Source of the DNA: Pseudodesulfovibrio mercurii
GTDB lineage: Bacteria > Desulfobacterota > Desulfovibrionia > Desulfovibrionales > Desulfovibrionaceae
Assembly (NCBI RefSeq): GCF_000189295.2
Contig: NC_016803.1
Coordinates: 900,001 to 932,000, forward strand
Direction: 5' to 3'
DNA length: 32,000 nucleotides
Below the pieces are notes generated by a model. That model was not told the DNA's origin. It worked only from the letters and a program-made list of their open reading frames with translations, and searched no databases. The position numbers and the translations under genes were made by a program. Shown here piece by piece: positions 17,346-24,683 of the stretch (the stretch's first letter is position 1; each line of letters begins with the position of its first letter).

Positions 17346-18407
17346 CTAGCCCTCCCTGGACGGCCCGACGGCCAGGCGCAGCATGTAGCCCACGGCGATC
17401 AGCCCCAGCCCCAGGGAAACCAGGAACAGGACCAGGGGCGAGACCTCGCCCGTGACCGTCAGGTGTCGCGGCGAAAAATACGGGGCCAGCGACAGGTTGC
17501 GCAGCACGGCCCGCGCCACGACCATCAGGGAGACGGTGACCACGACCCACAGGGTCGCGCTCCTCGGCCGTCCCGCGAACCCGGCCAGCAGCAACGGAAT
17601 GGTGCTGGCCACGCCCGCCAGGAGCAGGCCCGAGGCCAGGAGGTCGCCGCCCATGAACTGAAGCAGGATACCCCGAGGCAGGGCCATGAGCCACCACAGC
17701 CCGACGGCCATCTGCACCAGGGTCGCGGAGGTGAAGACCTTCATGCCCAGCGCCCTGCCCTGCTCGGCCGCCCAAAGGGGGAGCTGGCCCGGGCGGTCCG
17801 CGACCAAGGCCGCGAACAGGCCGCCCAGGGCGACGCTGGCCAACAGGAAGTGCAGATAGCGGGGCACGGTGGTCGCCTTGAAGAAGGTCAGGATGGTCCC
17901 CTGCGGATTGGTGAAGTATTCGGTCCAGTTGAACGGCGTCTCCATGGTCGCCAGCACGCTGGTCAGCACCAGGGAGATGCACAGGACCATGCCCAGTCCG
18001 AAGACCAGGAAGACGGGTGAGCCGGGATGCTCGGCCTTCTGCCGGTGCTGGTGGATGTACAGGGCGTAGTACCCGGCGATGAGCAGGACGATGACGCTGA
18101 GCCACCAGACCGCGGACAGCACCGCGCTGGTGTAGAACAGGTGGCCGTAGAGCACCTGGAGAAAGAGCAGCGGGGCCACGCCGAAATTGACCGCCAGGGC
18201 GAAGGTCGTGGGCAGCTTGTTCGCCACGGCCCGGGCCAGCGGATCATGCCGGTCCGCCAGGGCCAGCCAGGCGGCCAGCAGCCCGCCCCCCAGCAGGATG
18301 TTGACCATGATGATGTGCGCGACGAATGTCAGGATGTTCAATCCTTCGAACCAGCCCCAGCCCACCGGAATCGCATCCGGCACGGGCATCAACGCAGTCG
18401 GATCCAT
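17346..18407 (-). CDS. Polytopic (about 9-10 TM) membrane protein of unknown function, partner of the CydA-like cytochrome
   Basis: 353 aa from ATG 18405-18407, preceded by GGAGGAGG. Its stop (17346-17348) lies 2 nt from the downstream ATG. TM1 carries LTFVAHIIMVNILLGGGLL, resembling TM1 of the fusion protein. Confidence 0.7.
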   Translation of the reverse strand: MDPTALMPVPDAIPVGWGWFEGLNILTFVAHIIMVNILLGGGLLAAWLALADRHDPLARAVANKLPTTFALAVNFGVAPLLFLQVLYGHLFYTSAVLSAVWWLSVIVLLIAGYYALYIHQHRQKAEHPGSPVFLVFGLGMVLCISLVLTSVLATMETPFNWTEYFTNPQGTILTFFKATTVPRYLHFLLASVALGGLFAALVADRPGQLPLWAAEQGRALGMKVFTSATLVQMAVGLWWLMALPRGILLQFMGGDLLASGLLLAGVASTIPLLLAGFAGRPRSATLWVVVTVSLMVVARAVLRNLSLAPYFSPRHLTVTGEVSPLVLFLVSLGLGLIAVGYMLRLAVGPSREG

Positions 18408-18736
18408 ACAACCTCCTCCGCAGGTGAACACGCCCCGCCCCCATCCCCCGCCGGTGCGCGTGCAGGTATCCGGGACATACCATGTTGCACAATCCGCTAC
18501 AACATTCGGGCCTTTATAAATACCCTTCAGCGCCGTTCCGCCGCACAGGAAACGGGAAATATGCCGCAACGTGAAATTATCGCGCCGGGGCAACCCTTTG
18601 ATTGACTGTACAATTCAATTGGTGCAATGGAGAGAATAGGAGTAAATACCGGCTGCGGGACAACACGCATCGGCAGAGGAAGGGTATACGTTCACAGACC
18701 AACCCGCAGACAACACCTTGAAACGAGGATTGTTCC

Positions 18737-20140
18737 ATGAAGACACTCCTGAAGTTCTCCCCCATCATAGTGGCCGTACTCATGGCCCTCCTGCCCACGC
18801 CCGAAGGGTTGTCACCCAACGCGTGGTATTTCCTCTCCATCTTCGTCGGCGTCGTGGTCGGCCTGATCATCGAGCCCGTTCCGGCCGCCCTGGTCGGCCT
18901 GGCCGGCGTGGCCCTGGTGGCCTTCCTCGGCCTGGTGGACCCCAGCCCGACGGCCAACCGCAACTGGGCCTTGTCCGGCTTCTCCAACGGCGTCATCTGG
19001 CTGATCTTCTCGGCCTTCATGTTCGCCCTGGGCTACCAGAAGACGGGGCTGGGCAGGCGCATCAGCCTGCACCTCATCCGCTACCTGGGCAAGTCCACCC
19101 TGGGACTCGGCTACGCCATCGCCTTTTCCGACGCGATCCTGGCCCCGTTCATGCCCTCCAACACCGCGCGCAGCGCGGGAACCATCTACCCCATCGCCAG
19201 CAACATCCCGCCCATGTTCAACTCCACCCCGGACAACGAGCCGCGCAAGATGGGCGCGTATCTGGCCTGGGTGGGCATCAGCGCCACCTGCGTGACCAGC
19301 TCCATGTTCCTGACCGCCCTGGCCCCGAACCTGCTGGCCGTGGACATGATCCAGAAGAGCGTGGGCGTGACCATCAGCTGGGGCGACTGGGGCAAGATCA
19401 TGATCCCGGCCATGCTGCCCCTGTTCCTGCTGACCCCGTGGCTCGGCTACCTGCTCTATCCCCCGACCCTGAAGCACTCCCCCGAAGCCCCGGCCTGGGC
19501 CGTCGAGGAACTGCGCAAGATGGGCCGCATCTCCACCAAGGAACTGATGATGCTCGGCTACGCCGTGCTGGCCCTGGTCTTCTGGATATTCGGCAAGCAG
19601 TTCCACGTGGACAGCACCGTGGCCGCCATCTCCGTGCTCTCGCTCATGGTCCTGACCAACGTCATCACCTGGCAGGACGTCATCACCAACAAGGGCGCCT
19701 GGAACGTCCTGACCTGGTTCGCCACCCTGGTGGCCATGGCCGCGGGCCTGAAGAAGACCGGCGTGCTCGACTGGGTGGGCCACATGATCTCCAACAACCT
19801 CGCGGGCATGGCGCCGAGCTCGGTGATCATCCTGCTGGTCATCCTCTTCTTCGTGCTCCACTACTTCTTCGCCAGCACCACGGCGCACACCACCGCCCTG
19901 CTGCCCCTGTTCATGGCCACGGCCGCCCCGCTGCTGCCGCCCGAGATGCTGCCCAAGCTGGCGCTCATGCTCGCCGGTTCCCTCGGTCTCATGGGCATCA
20001 TCACCCCCTACGCCACAGGCCCCTCGCCCATCTGGTACGGCGCGGGCTTCATCAGCCAGGCGCGCTGGTGGGCGCTGGGCGGCATCTTCGGCCTGTTCTA
20101 CCTGCTGGCCATGATCGGGGTGACCATATTCTACGTCTAA
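18737..20140 (+). CDS. DASS-family anion transporter (CitT / 2-oxoglutarate-malate translocator-like di/tricarboxylate carrier)
   Basis: 467-aa polytopic protein with FMPSNTARSAGTIYPI and TPYATGPSPI hairpin-loop motifs typical of the DASS family. GAGGA SD precedes the ATG. Confidence 0.88.
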   Translation: MKTLLKFSPIIVAVLMALLPTPEGLSPNAWYFLSIFVGVVVGLIIEPVPAALVGLAGVALVAFLGLVDPSPTANRNWALSGFSNGVIWLIFSAFMFALGYQKTGLGRRISLHLIRYLGKSTLGLGYAIAFSDAILAPFMPSNTARSAGTIYPIASNIPPMFNSTPDNEPRKMGAYLAWVGISATCVTSSMFLTALAPNLLAVDMIQKSVGVTISWGDWGKIMIPAMLPLFLLTPWLGYLLYPPTLKHSPEAPAWAVEELRKMGRISTKELMMLGYAVLALVFWIFGKQFHVDSTVAAISVLSLMVLTNVITWQDVITNKGAWNVLTWFATLVAMAAGLKKTGVLDWVGHMISNNLAGMAPSSVIILLVILFFVLHYFFASTTAHTTALLPLFMATAAPLLPPEMLPKLALMLAGSLGLMGIITPYATGPSPIWYGAGFISQARWWALGGIFGLFYLLAMIGVTIFYV

Positions 20141-20170
20141 CCCCGACGCCCCCGACAACCCCAACCGACC

Positions 20171-20204
20171 GGCCGGCCGCATCCCCGATGCGGCCGGCCT
20201 TTTC
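20171..20204 (+). terminator. Intrinsic terminator of the DASS transporter gene
   Basis: Perfect 13-bp stem ggccggccgcatc/gatgcggccggcc with a 3-nt loop, then TTTT (20200-20203). Confidence 0.75.
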
Positions 20205-20279
20205 GTGCGCCGGTGGAAATGAAGAAACGATCGGAAGCGGAGGCCGCCTCACGACGTTCGCCGGGTCGAGCGGAAGCGC

Positions 20280-20308
20280 AAAAAAAAAGCCCGGTCAAAA
20301 GACCGGGC
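20280..20308 (-). terminator. Intrinsic terminator of the acidic His-rich protein gene
   Basis: Stem gcccggtc/gaccgggc (20289-20296 / 20301-20308), followed on the minus strand by a run of nine T. It lies about 20 nt after the stop at 20330. Confidence 0.75.
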
Positions 20309-20329
20309 TTTCGCGTTCGACGGGAAAAT

Positions 20330-20980
20330 CTAGAGGGCGTGGTGGAAATCGACCACGTGCTGGAGGGCGTCGCCCAGGGGGTCGAAGGTGTCGGCAAAGG
20401 AGCAGAACGACAGGTCGGTCAGGGGCGCGCAGTGCTCCGCGCCGAACAGGGCGGGCACGTATCCGGCCTCGTCGGTGTGGTGCGGGAACACCTCGGGTCC
20501 GTCGGAGAACAGCTCGAAATAGGTCAGGATGTCGGCCCCGTGGTCCGCGTGCGCGCCATGGGCCTGGTCCAGGGCCGAATGCTCGTCCGCTCCGGACGGC
20601 ACGTCGCCCTTGGAGTCCACGTGGTCGCGGAACTCCCCGCTCATGGACCGGTCCGTGAGCGGTCCGGCCGCCGTCTCCATGTTCATGGCCGCGTCGCCGA
20701 AGGCGAACAGGTAGACGTCGCCCGGCACCTCCTCGCCGCCGTGCAGCTCGAACATGGGCAACGCCCCGTCCTGGGCCATGGACAGGTAATCCTTGATGAC
20801 CACCACGCCGCCATGCTCGCCGGTCAGGACCAAGTCGTTGCCCTGGGCCGAAAACACGACCTCGGACACGTAAAAACCGAATTTGACGGGAACGTCGGGA
20901 GAAAGCGTGTACTCGGCGACTTTGCCGGGCTCGGGAAGATCCACCAGCATGGACGTGTGAGTGGGAGCGGATTCCGCCAC
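20330..20980 (-). CDS. Hypothetical acidic, His/Asp-rich protein (~216 aa) with an N-terminal GNDLVL...VVVIKDYL module
   Basis: Coding-like composition, with its own terminator. GTG at 20978-20980 is preceded by a perfect AGGAGG and a 5-nt spacer. Alternative starts are GTG 21010 (track) and ATG 20950, neither with an SD. No signal peptide is seen. Confidence 0.55.
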   Translation of the reverse strand: MAESAPTHTSMLVDLPEPGKVAEYTLSPDVPVKFGFYVSEVVFSAQGNDLVLTGEHGGVVVIKDYLSMAQDGALPMFELHGGEEVPGDVYLFAFGDAAMNMETAAGPLTDRSMSGEFRDHVDSKGDVPSGADEHSALDQAHGAHADHGADILTYFELFSDGPEVFPHHTDEAGYVPALFGAEHCAPLTDLSFCSFADTFDPLGDALQHVVDFHHAL

Positions 20981-21142
20981 GATAGCCTCCTGGGGATAAG
21001 GGGTCGGCACCGACCATGATGTGCCGTTCGCTGCACATCATTAACACAACTAAACAATACTGTCAAAAGCAGTTTAATTCCGCATGTTACCCTGTGGAAA
21101 ACTCGAAAAACACGTCCGATTGAGCACGAAAGGAGCCATTTG

Positions 21143-21991
21143 GTGAAGAAACGGTGTAACCGGTTGACGGCCAACCCCGTTTATCGGTTATATGATCTGA
21201 CCATGCGAATCTATACCATTTTCCATTTTGCGGCAAGTCTCCGCCTCCCCTGGCGGCTTCCGGCCTTCCTGGCCCTGTGGTTTCTCCTGCTGACCGTGCC
21301 GGTCCGGGCCGACGATCCCGGACAGATGATCGCGCCCTGCCTCGCCTGTCACACGGCGGAACGCATCTGCCGGAACGTGGACAGCGGCGACGCGTTCTGG
21401 ACCGACACGGTCAAGCGCATGATCGCCAAGGGAGCGCACGTGGGCCCGGATCAGGTCCCCGGCCTGGTCGCCCTCCTGGCCAACCCCGACCACGCCGAGG
21501 TCCGCAGGCTGCTGGACTGCCCGGCTCCGGGCAGCCCCGAGACGGCGGCCGCCGTCCCCACCGCCGTGATCCTGGGCCATCCCCTGCTCATGATCCTGGT
21601 CCTGCTCCTGGGGCTGTGGGTGGCCTGGCAGGGCGTGAACCGCGCCCGCTTCACCCTGCTCGGGCAAAAGGTCGCCTTCAACTGGAAGGGACACACCCGC
21701 TACGGGCTGGTGGTCATGGCCCTGTGGTTCGTCGGGGCCGTGGGCGGGTCCATCGTGACCGACATGCTCCAGGGCATCCCCGACGCCTACGAACTGCACG
21801 GGACCATGGCCAAGATCATGCTCGCGCTCATCGTCTTCGGCGCGGCCACCGGGCTGTACATGGACCGCAGAAAGGCGAAGCGCTCGATCATGCCCGTGCT
21901 GCACGGCGCGGCCAACATGCTCCTCCTGCTCCTGGCCCTGGGACAGCTCGTCACGGGCCTCGTCATCCTCGGCCGACTGTTCGCGTCCTAG
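21143..21991 (+). CDS. Signal peptide + monohaem cytochrome c domain fused to a 4-TM domain with one His per helix (DUF4079 / cytochrome b561-like)
   Basis: AAAGGAG SD (21129-21135) lies 7 nt before GTG 21143; alternatives are TTG 21140 and ATG 21203. The hydrophobic h-region ends in VRA-DD. CLACH is at 21338-21352, with a distal Met candidate in VKRMIAKGA. Four TM helices follow, each opening with a His: LGHPLLM, KGHTRYG, ELHGTMA, VLHGAAN. Confidence 0.7.
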   Translation: MKKRCNRLTANPVYRLYDLTMRIYTIFHFAASLRLPWRLPAFLALWFLLLTVPVRADDPGQMIAPCLACHTAERICRNVDSGDAFWTDTVKRMIAKGAHVGPDQVPGLVALLANPDHAEVRRLLDCPAPGSPETAAAVPTAVILGHPLLMILVLLLGLWVAWQGVNRARFTLLGQKVAFNWKGHTRYGLVVMALWFVGAVGGSIVTDMLQGIPDAYELHGTMAKIMLALIVFGAATGLYMDRRKAKRSIMPVLHGAANMLLLLLALGQLVTGLVILGRLFAS

Positions 21992-22015
21992 GCGTGATTC
22001 TCGCGAAAACTTCAC

Positions 22016-22042
22016 GGCGGGGCTTGCAACCCCGCCTTTTTT
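22016..22042 (+). terminator. Intrinsic terminator after the c/b fusion gene
   Basis: Stem ggcgggg/ccccgcc (22016-22022 / 22030-22036) with a 7-nt loop, then TTTTTT (22037-22042). Confidence 0.6.
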
Positions 22043-22062
22043 ATGTCCATTATCCGGCCACC

Positions 22063-23133
22063 ATGACCGTATTCAACGACAACGCTGTGGGCGCGCTGGA
22101 ATTCACCGTGACCTGGGAATCGGACGGCGAGCGCCATGAGGAATGGTTTCTGGGCCGCAAGGTCAACCCGGTGAACGACATCTTCCCGACCGGTATGCGC
22201 GAGGCCCTGGAAGGCAAGGAGGCCGGGGAATCCGTGGTCTTCACCTACGAGCCGCGCCTGTGCATCCCCCGGCGCAAGGAGAGCCTGGTCCTGCGCCTGG
22301 ACCGCGACCGGCTGCGGCGCAAGACCGTGCGGGGCGAGCCGATCCTGCCGCGTGTGGGCCGGTTCTATCCCCAGGGACACATCGACGGCCTGCTGGACAT
22401 CTACCCGGACACCCTGACCCCGTTCCGGCTGGTGGACCTGGACAACGAGACCTTCACGGCGGACCGCAACCACCCCCTGGCCGACGTGCCGGTGACCATC
22501 GCGGCCAAGATCCAGTATCTGGAGGAGCGCGACACCGGGACCTACGGCTCCCTGACCCACTGGCGCGAGGCCGTCTGCGACTGGGGGCCGGGCATGCAGG
22601 CCATGCTCCACGGCGAGCCGCCGGACTTCTTTCACCCCGCCTTCTTCGACCGCTTTGCCGACCTGGACGAGGACTTCCGCCCGCCCAGGCCCGATGCGGC
22701 CGCCCTGCGCAACTACCAGTCCATCCTCGGACGGTTCGTGGAACCAGGCATGCGCCTGCTGGACCTCTCCCCGGACTCCGAGCGGCCCACCGGGCAATAC
22801 GACGGCGCGGCCTGCCTGGGCGCCCTGGAATACATGGACCGGCCTGTGGACATCCTGCGCTACGTGGCCTACTTCCTGCCGCCCGGCGCTCCGGTGGTCC
22901 TGGCCTTCTCCGAATCCTTCGACCCGGACCGGGCCATCCGGGGATGGCGGGAGCTCCTGCCCTTCGAACGCATGGGGCTGGCCCTGGAATACCTGCGCAT
23001 GGCCGGATTCACCCGGGACCTGGGGACCGTCTCCGTGCGCAACGACTGGCGCGACCGCGACGACCCCCGGTTCCTGGAGACCAAGGGCGTCAGCGACACC
23101 CTGTTCGTGGCCTACGGGCGCAAGCCGGAATAG
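22063..23133 (+). CDS. Fusion protein: SlyD/FKBP-like N-terminal domain + class-I-methyltransferase-like C-terminal domain lacking the Gly-rich SAM motif
   Basis: 356 aa from ATG 22063. The N-terminal half parallels SlyD block by block: PTGMREALEGKEAGESVVFTY vs LISGLETALEGHEVGDKFDV, and DRNHPLADVPVTIAAKIQYLEERD vs GNHMLAGQNLKFNVEVVAIREATEEE. The C-terminal half has MRLLDLSPDS where MTases carry vLDlGcGtG. The track ORF extension to 21277 overlaps the previous gene and is rejected. Confidence 0.6.
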   Translation: MTVFNDNAVGALEFTVTWESDGERHEEWFLGRKVNPVNDIFPTGMREALEGKEAGESVVFTYEPRLCIPRRKESLVLRLDRDRLRRKTVRGEPILPRVGRFYPQGHIDGLLDIYPDTLTPFRLVDLDNETFTADRNHPLADVPVTIAAKIQYLEERDTGTYGSLTHWREAVCDWGPGMQAMLHGEPPDFFHPAFFDRFADLDEDFRPPRPDAAALRNYQSILGRFVEPGMRLLDLSPDSERPTGQYDGAACLGALEYMDRPVDILRYVAYFLPPGAPVVLAFSESFDPDRAIRGWRELLPFERMGLALEYLRMAGFTRDLGTVSVRNDWRDRDDPRFLETKGVSDTLFVAYGRKPE

Positions 23134-23242
23134 GACGGAAAGCGGAAAGGACGGCGGGCCGCCATGAAACAGCGGCCCGCTGCAAGGTGGGACATGGGGA
23201 CCGCCCCGGACGCCGCCCCGTCCGGGGACGTGCGTTACGCGG

Positions 23243-24319
23243 CTATTCCCCGAGCTTGACGAGGATCTTGATGTTCTCGTCCTTGTTGTTGATCAGTTCC
23301 AGGAACCCCTTCTCCACGATGTCCTCCAGGCCGATGCGTCCGGTGATCAGGGACTCGGCCGTGAGCCGCCCGCCGGCCAGCAGGGCGGACACGCCCATGA
23401 AGTCGTCCAGGGTGTAGGCCAGGGTGCCGATGATGCGCTTGTCCGTGCCGCTCAGGCTGAAGAAGTTGAACTCGCTCGGCTCCTCGAAGATGCCCACGAT
23501 GATGGCCCGGCCCGCGTTGCGGATGAGGTCCACGGCCAGGGGGCCGGTCATCTTGTTGCCCACGCACTCGAAGGACACGTCGGCCCCGGACCCGTTGGTC
23601 ATGGCCTTGACCTCGGCCACGGGATCGCACTCGCGGGGGTTGAGGACCACGTCCGCGCCGCACTCCTTGGCCTTGGCGATGCGGGCGGCGGACATCTCCA
23701 GGACGATGACCTTGGCCGCTCCGGCGGCCCTGGCGGCCATCATGGTGCCCAGACCGATGGTCCCAGCGCCGATGACGACCACGGTCTCGCCGAGGATGGT
23801 GCCCGCCTCGCGCACGGCCTTGAAGCCCGTGGCCAGCGGCTCGATGACCGCCCCGGCCTCGGGGGAAACGCCCTCGGGCAGCACGTAGCAGAGTTCGGCC
23901 GGAACGTTGACGTACCGGGCGAAGGCCCCGTCGTTGTGCAGACCGGTGAAGGCCAGCTTCTCGCAGACGTTGTACCGTCCGGCCCGGCAGGTGACGCACT
24001 CGCCGCAGTGCTGGCAGGCGTCCGGGGCGACCATGTCGCCGACCTTGACGTTGGTCACGCCGTCGCCCAGCTCCACCACCCGGCCGGTGAACTCGTGGCC
24101 CAGGATGACGCTGCCCTGCTTGCCGGTCAGGGGATGCGGAGCGTCCACCGGGATGAAAATGGGCCCGGCCACGTATTCGTGCAGGTCCGACCCGCAGATG
24201 CCGCACCACTCGACCGCGATCTTGACCCAACCCGCCGGAGGGGACGGGGGAACGGGAACGGTCTCCACCCGCACGTCCTCTCTGGCATGCCAAACAGCGG
24301 CTCGCATTGTCTCACTCAT
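23243..24319 (-). CDS. Zn-dependent medium-chain alcohol dehydrogenase (2,3-butanediol / acetoin reductase-like)
   Basis: Catalytic-Zn signature GHEFTGRVVELGDGV with CGICGSDLH, structural-Zn cysteines CQHCGECVTCRAGRYNVC, and NAD fold VIGAGTIGLG. GGAGG SD lies 7 nt before the ATG at 24319. Confidence 0.9.
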   Translation of the reverse strand: MSETMRAAVWHAREDVRVETVPVPPSPPAGWVKIAVEWCGICGSDLHEYVAGPIFIPVDAPHPLTGKQGSVILGHEFTGRVVELGDGVTNVKVGDMVAPDACQHCGECVTCRAGRYNVCEKLAFTGLHNDGAFARYVNVPAELCYVLPEGVSPEAGAVIEPLATGFKAVREAGTILGETVVVIGAGTIGLGTMMAARAAGAAKVIVLEMSAARIAKAKECGADVVLNPRECDPVAEVKAMTNGSGADVSFECVGNKMTGPLAVDLIRNAGRAIIVGIFEEPSEFNFFSLSGTDKRIIGTLAYTLDDFMGVSALLAGGRLTAESLITGRIGLEDIVEKGFLELINNKDENIKILVKLGE

Positions 24320-24393
24320 GGGAAAACCTCCATTACGTTCAGGTTGATGGATTCACGGTTGCCACCGGTGCGCTCTTGACGGTGTCCGCCCTG

Positions 24394-24411
24394 ATGCACC
24401 CCAGATGCCAA
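24394..24411 (-). promoter_or_regulatory. Candidate sigma54 (-24/-12) promoter upstream of the alcohol dehydrogenase
   Basis: The minus strand reads TTGGCATCTGGGGTGCAT. TGGCA and TGCA have the canonical GG-to-GC spacing of TGGCACG-N4-TTGCW. The site lies about 75 nt upstream of the ATG. Confidence 0.3.
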
Positions 24412-24625
24412 GGGGAAAGCGGACGCGCCCGGCCTCCCTCTTCCCCGGCCGGGAACTCCAATGATCCCAAGTCACGAACACGGCCAATTTGGGTATCGGA
24501 CCGAATCGGTATACAAAAGCGGGCTGTGCGAAATTCGAACAGGGCTGACAAAACTGTATGCTTTCCGAACAGAAAACGAACCACAGAAAATGGACGAGAA
24601 CAGACGGAAATCGGGCGCGGAAACG

Positions 24626-24658
24626 AAAAGGCCCCGGAGGCGGAACACCTCCGGGGCC
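24626..24658 (-). terminator. Intrinsic terminator of the thi operon
   Basis: Perfect 11-bp stem ggccccggagg/cctccggggcc (24630-24640 / 24648-24658), followed on the minus strand by TTTTCGTTT. It lies 26 nt after the thiC stop. Confidence 0.75.
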
Positions 24659-24683
24659 GGTTTCGGCGGGAAGCCGGGCCGGA

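Noticed and set aside
17344-18105. N-terminal 254-aa extension of the track ORF 14698..18105; likewise the extensions 14528..15037, 18408..18593, 29191..29427, 26644..27186 and 21277..22062
   Set aside because: The extensions overlap the upstream genes in another frame and have Arg/Pro/Gly-rich composition. In each case an internal ATG with an SD and/or stop-start coupling gives a protein with a normal N-terminus.
18598-18623. TTGATTGACTGTACAATTCAATTGG as an FNR/CRP-type site in the divergent cytochrome/transporter control region
   Set aside because: Only the central TGTACA is palindromic. The half-sites do not fit TTGAT-N4-ATCAA or related consensus spacing.
14539-20658. ORFs 14539..17349(+), 15131..17029(-), 18718..20658(+), 18812..20182(-), 17463..18020(+)
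   Set aside because: They are shadow frames over the cytochrome genes and the DASS transporter. The real frames have clear TM and haem motifs.
21164-21196. TTGACG ... TTATAT/TATGAT promoter-like hexamers just before ATG 21203
   Set aside because: Spacer lengths (18-21 nt) are poor. A strong AAAGGAG SD with GTG 21143 upstream suggests this stretch is coding (the long signal-peptide n-region). It is kept only as the alternative-start scenario.
23150-23227. Two 9-bp GC-rich hairpins (gcgggccgc/gcggcccgc; ccccggacg/cgtccgggg) between the convergent FKBP-MTase-like and dehydrogenase genes, as terminators
   Set aside because: Neither has a U-tract on either strand. They may still act as RNA 3' stabilisers, but this cannot be supported from sequence alone.
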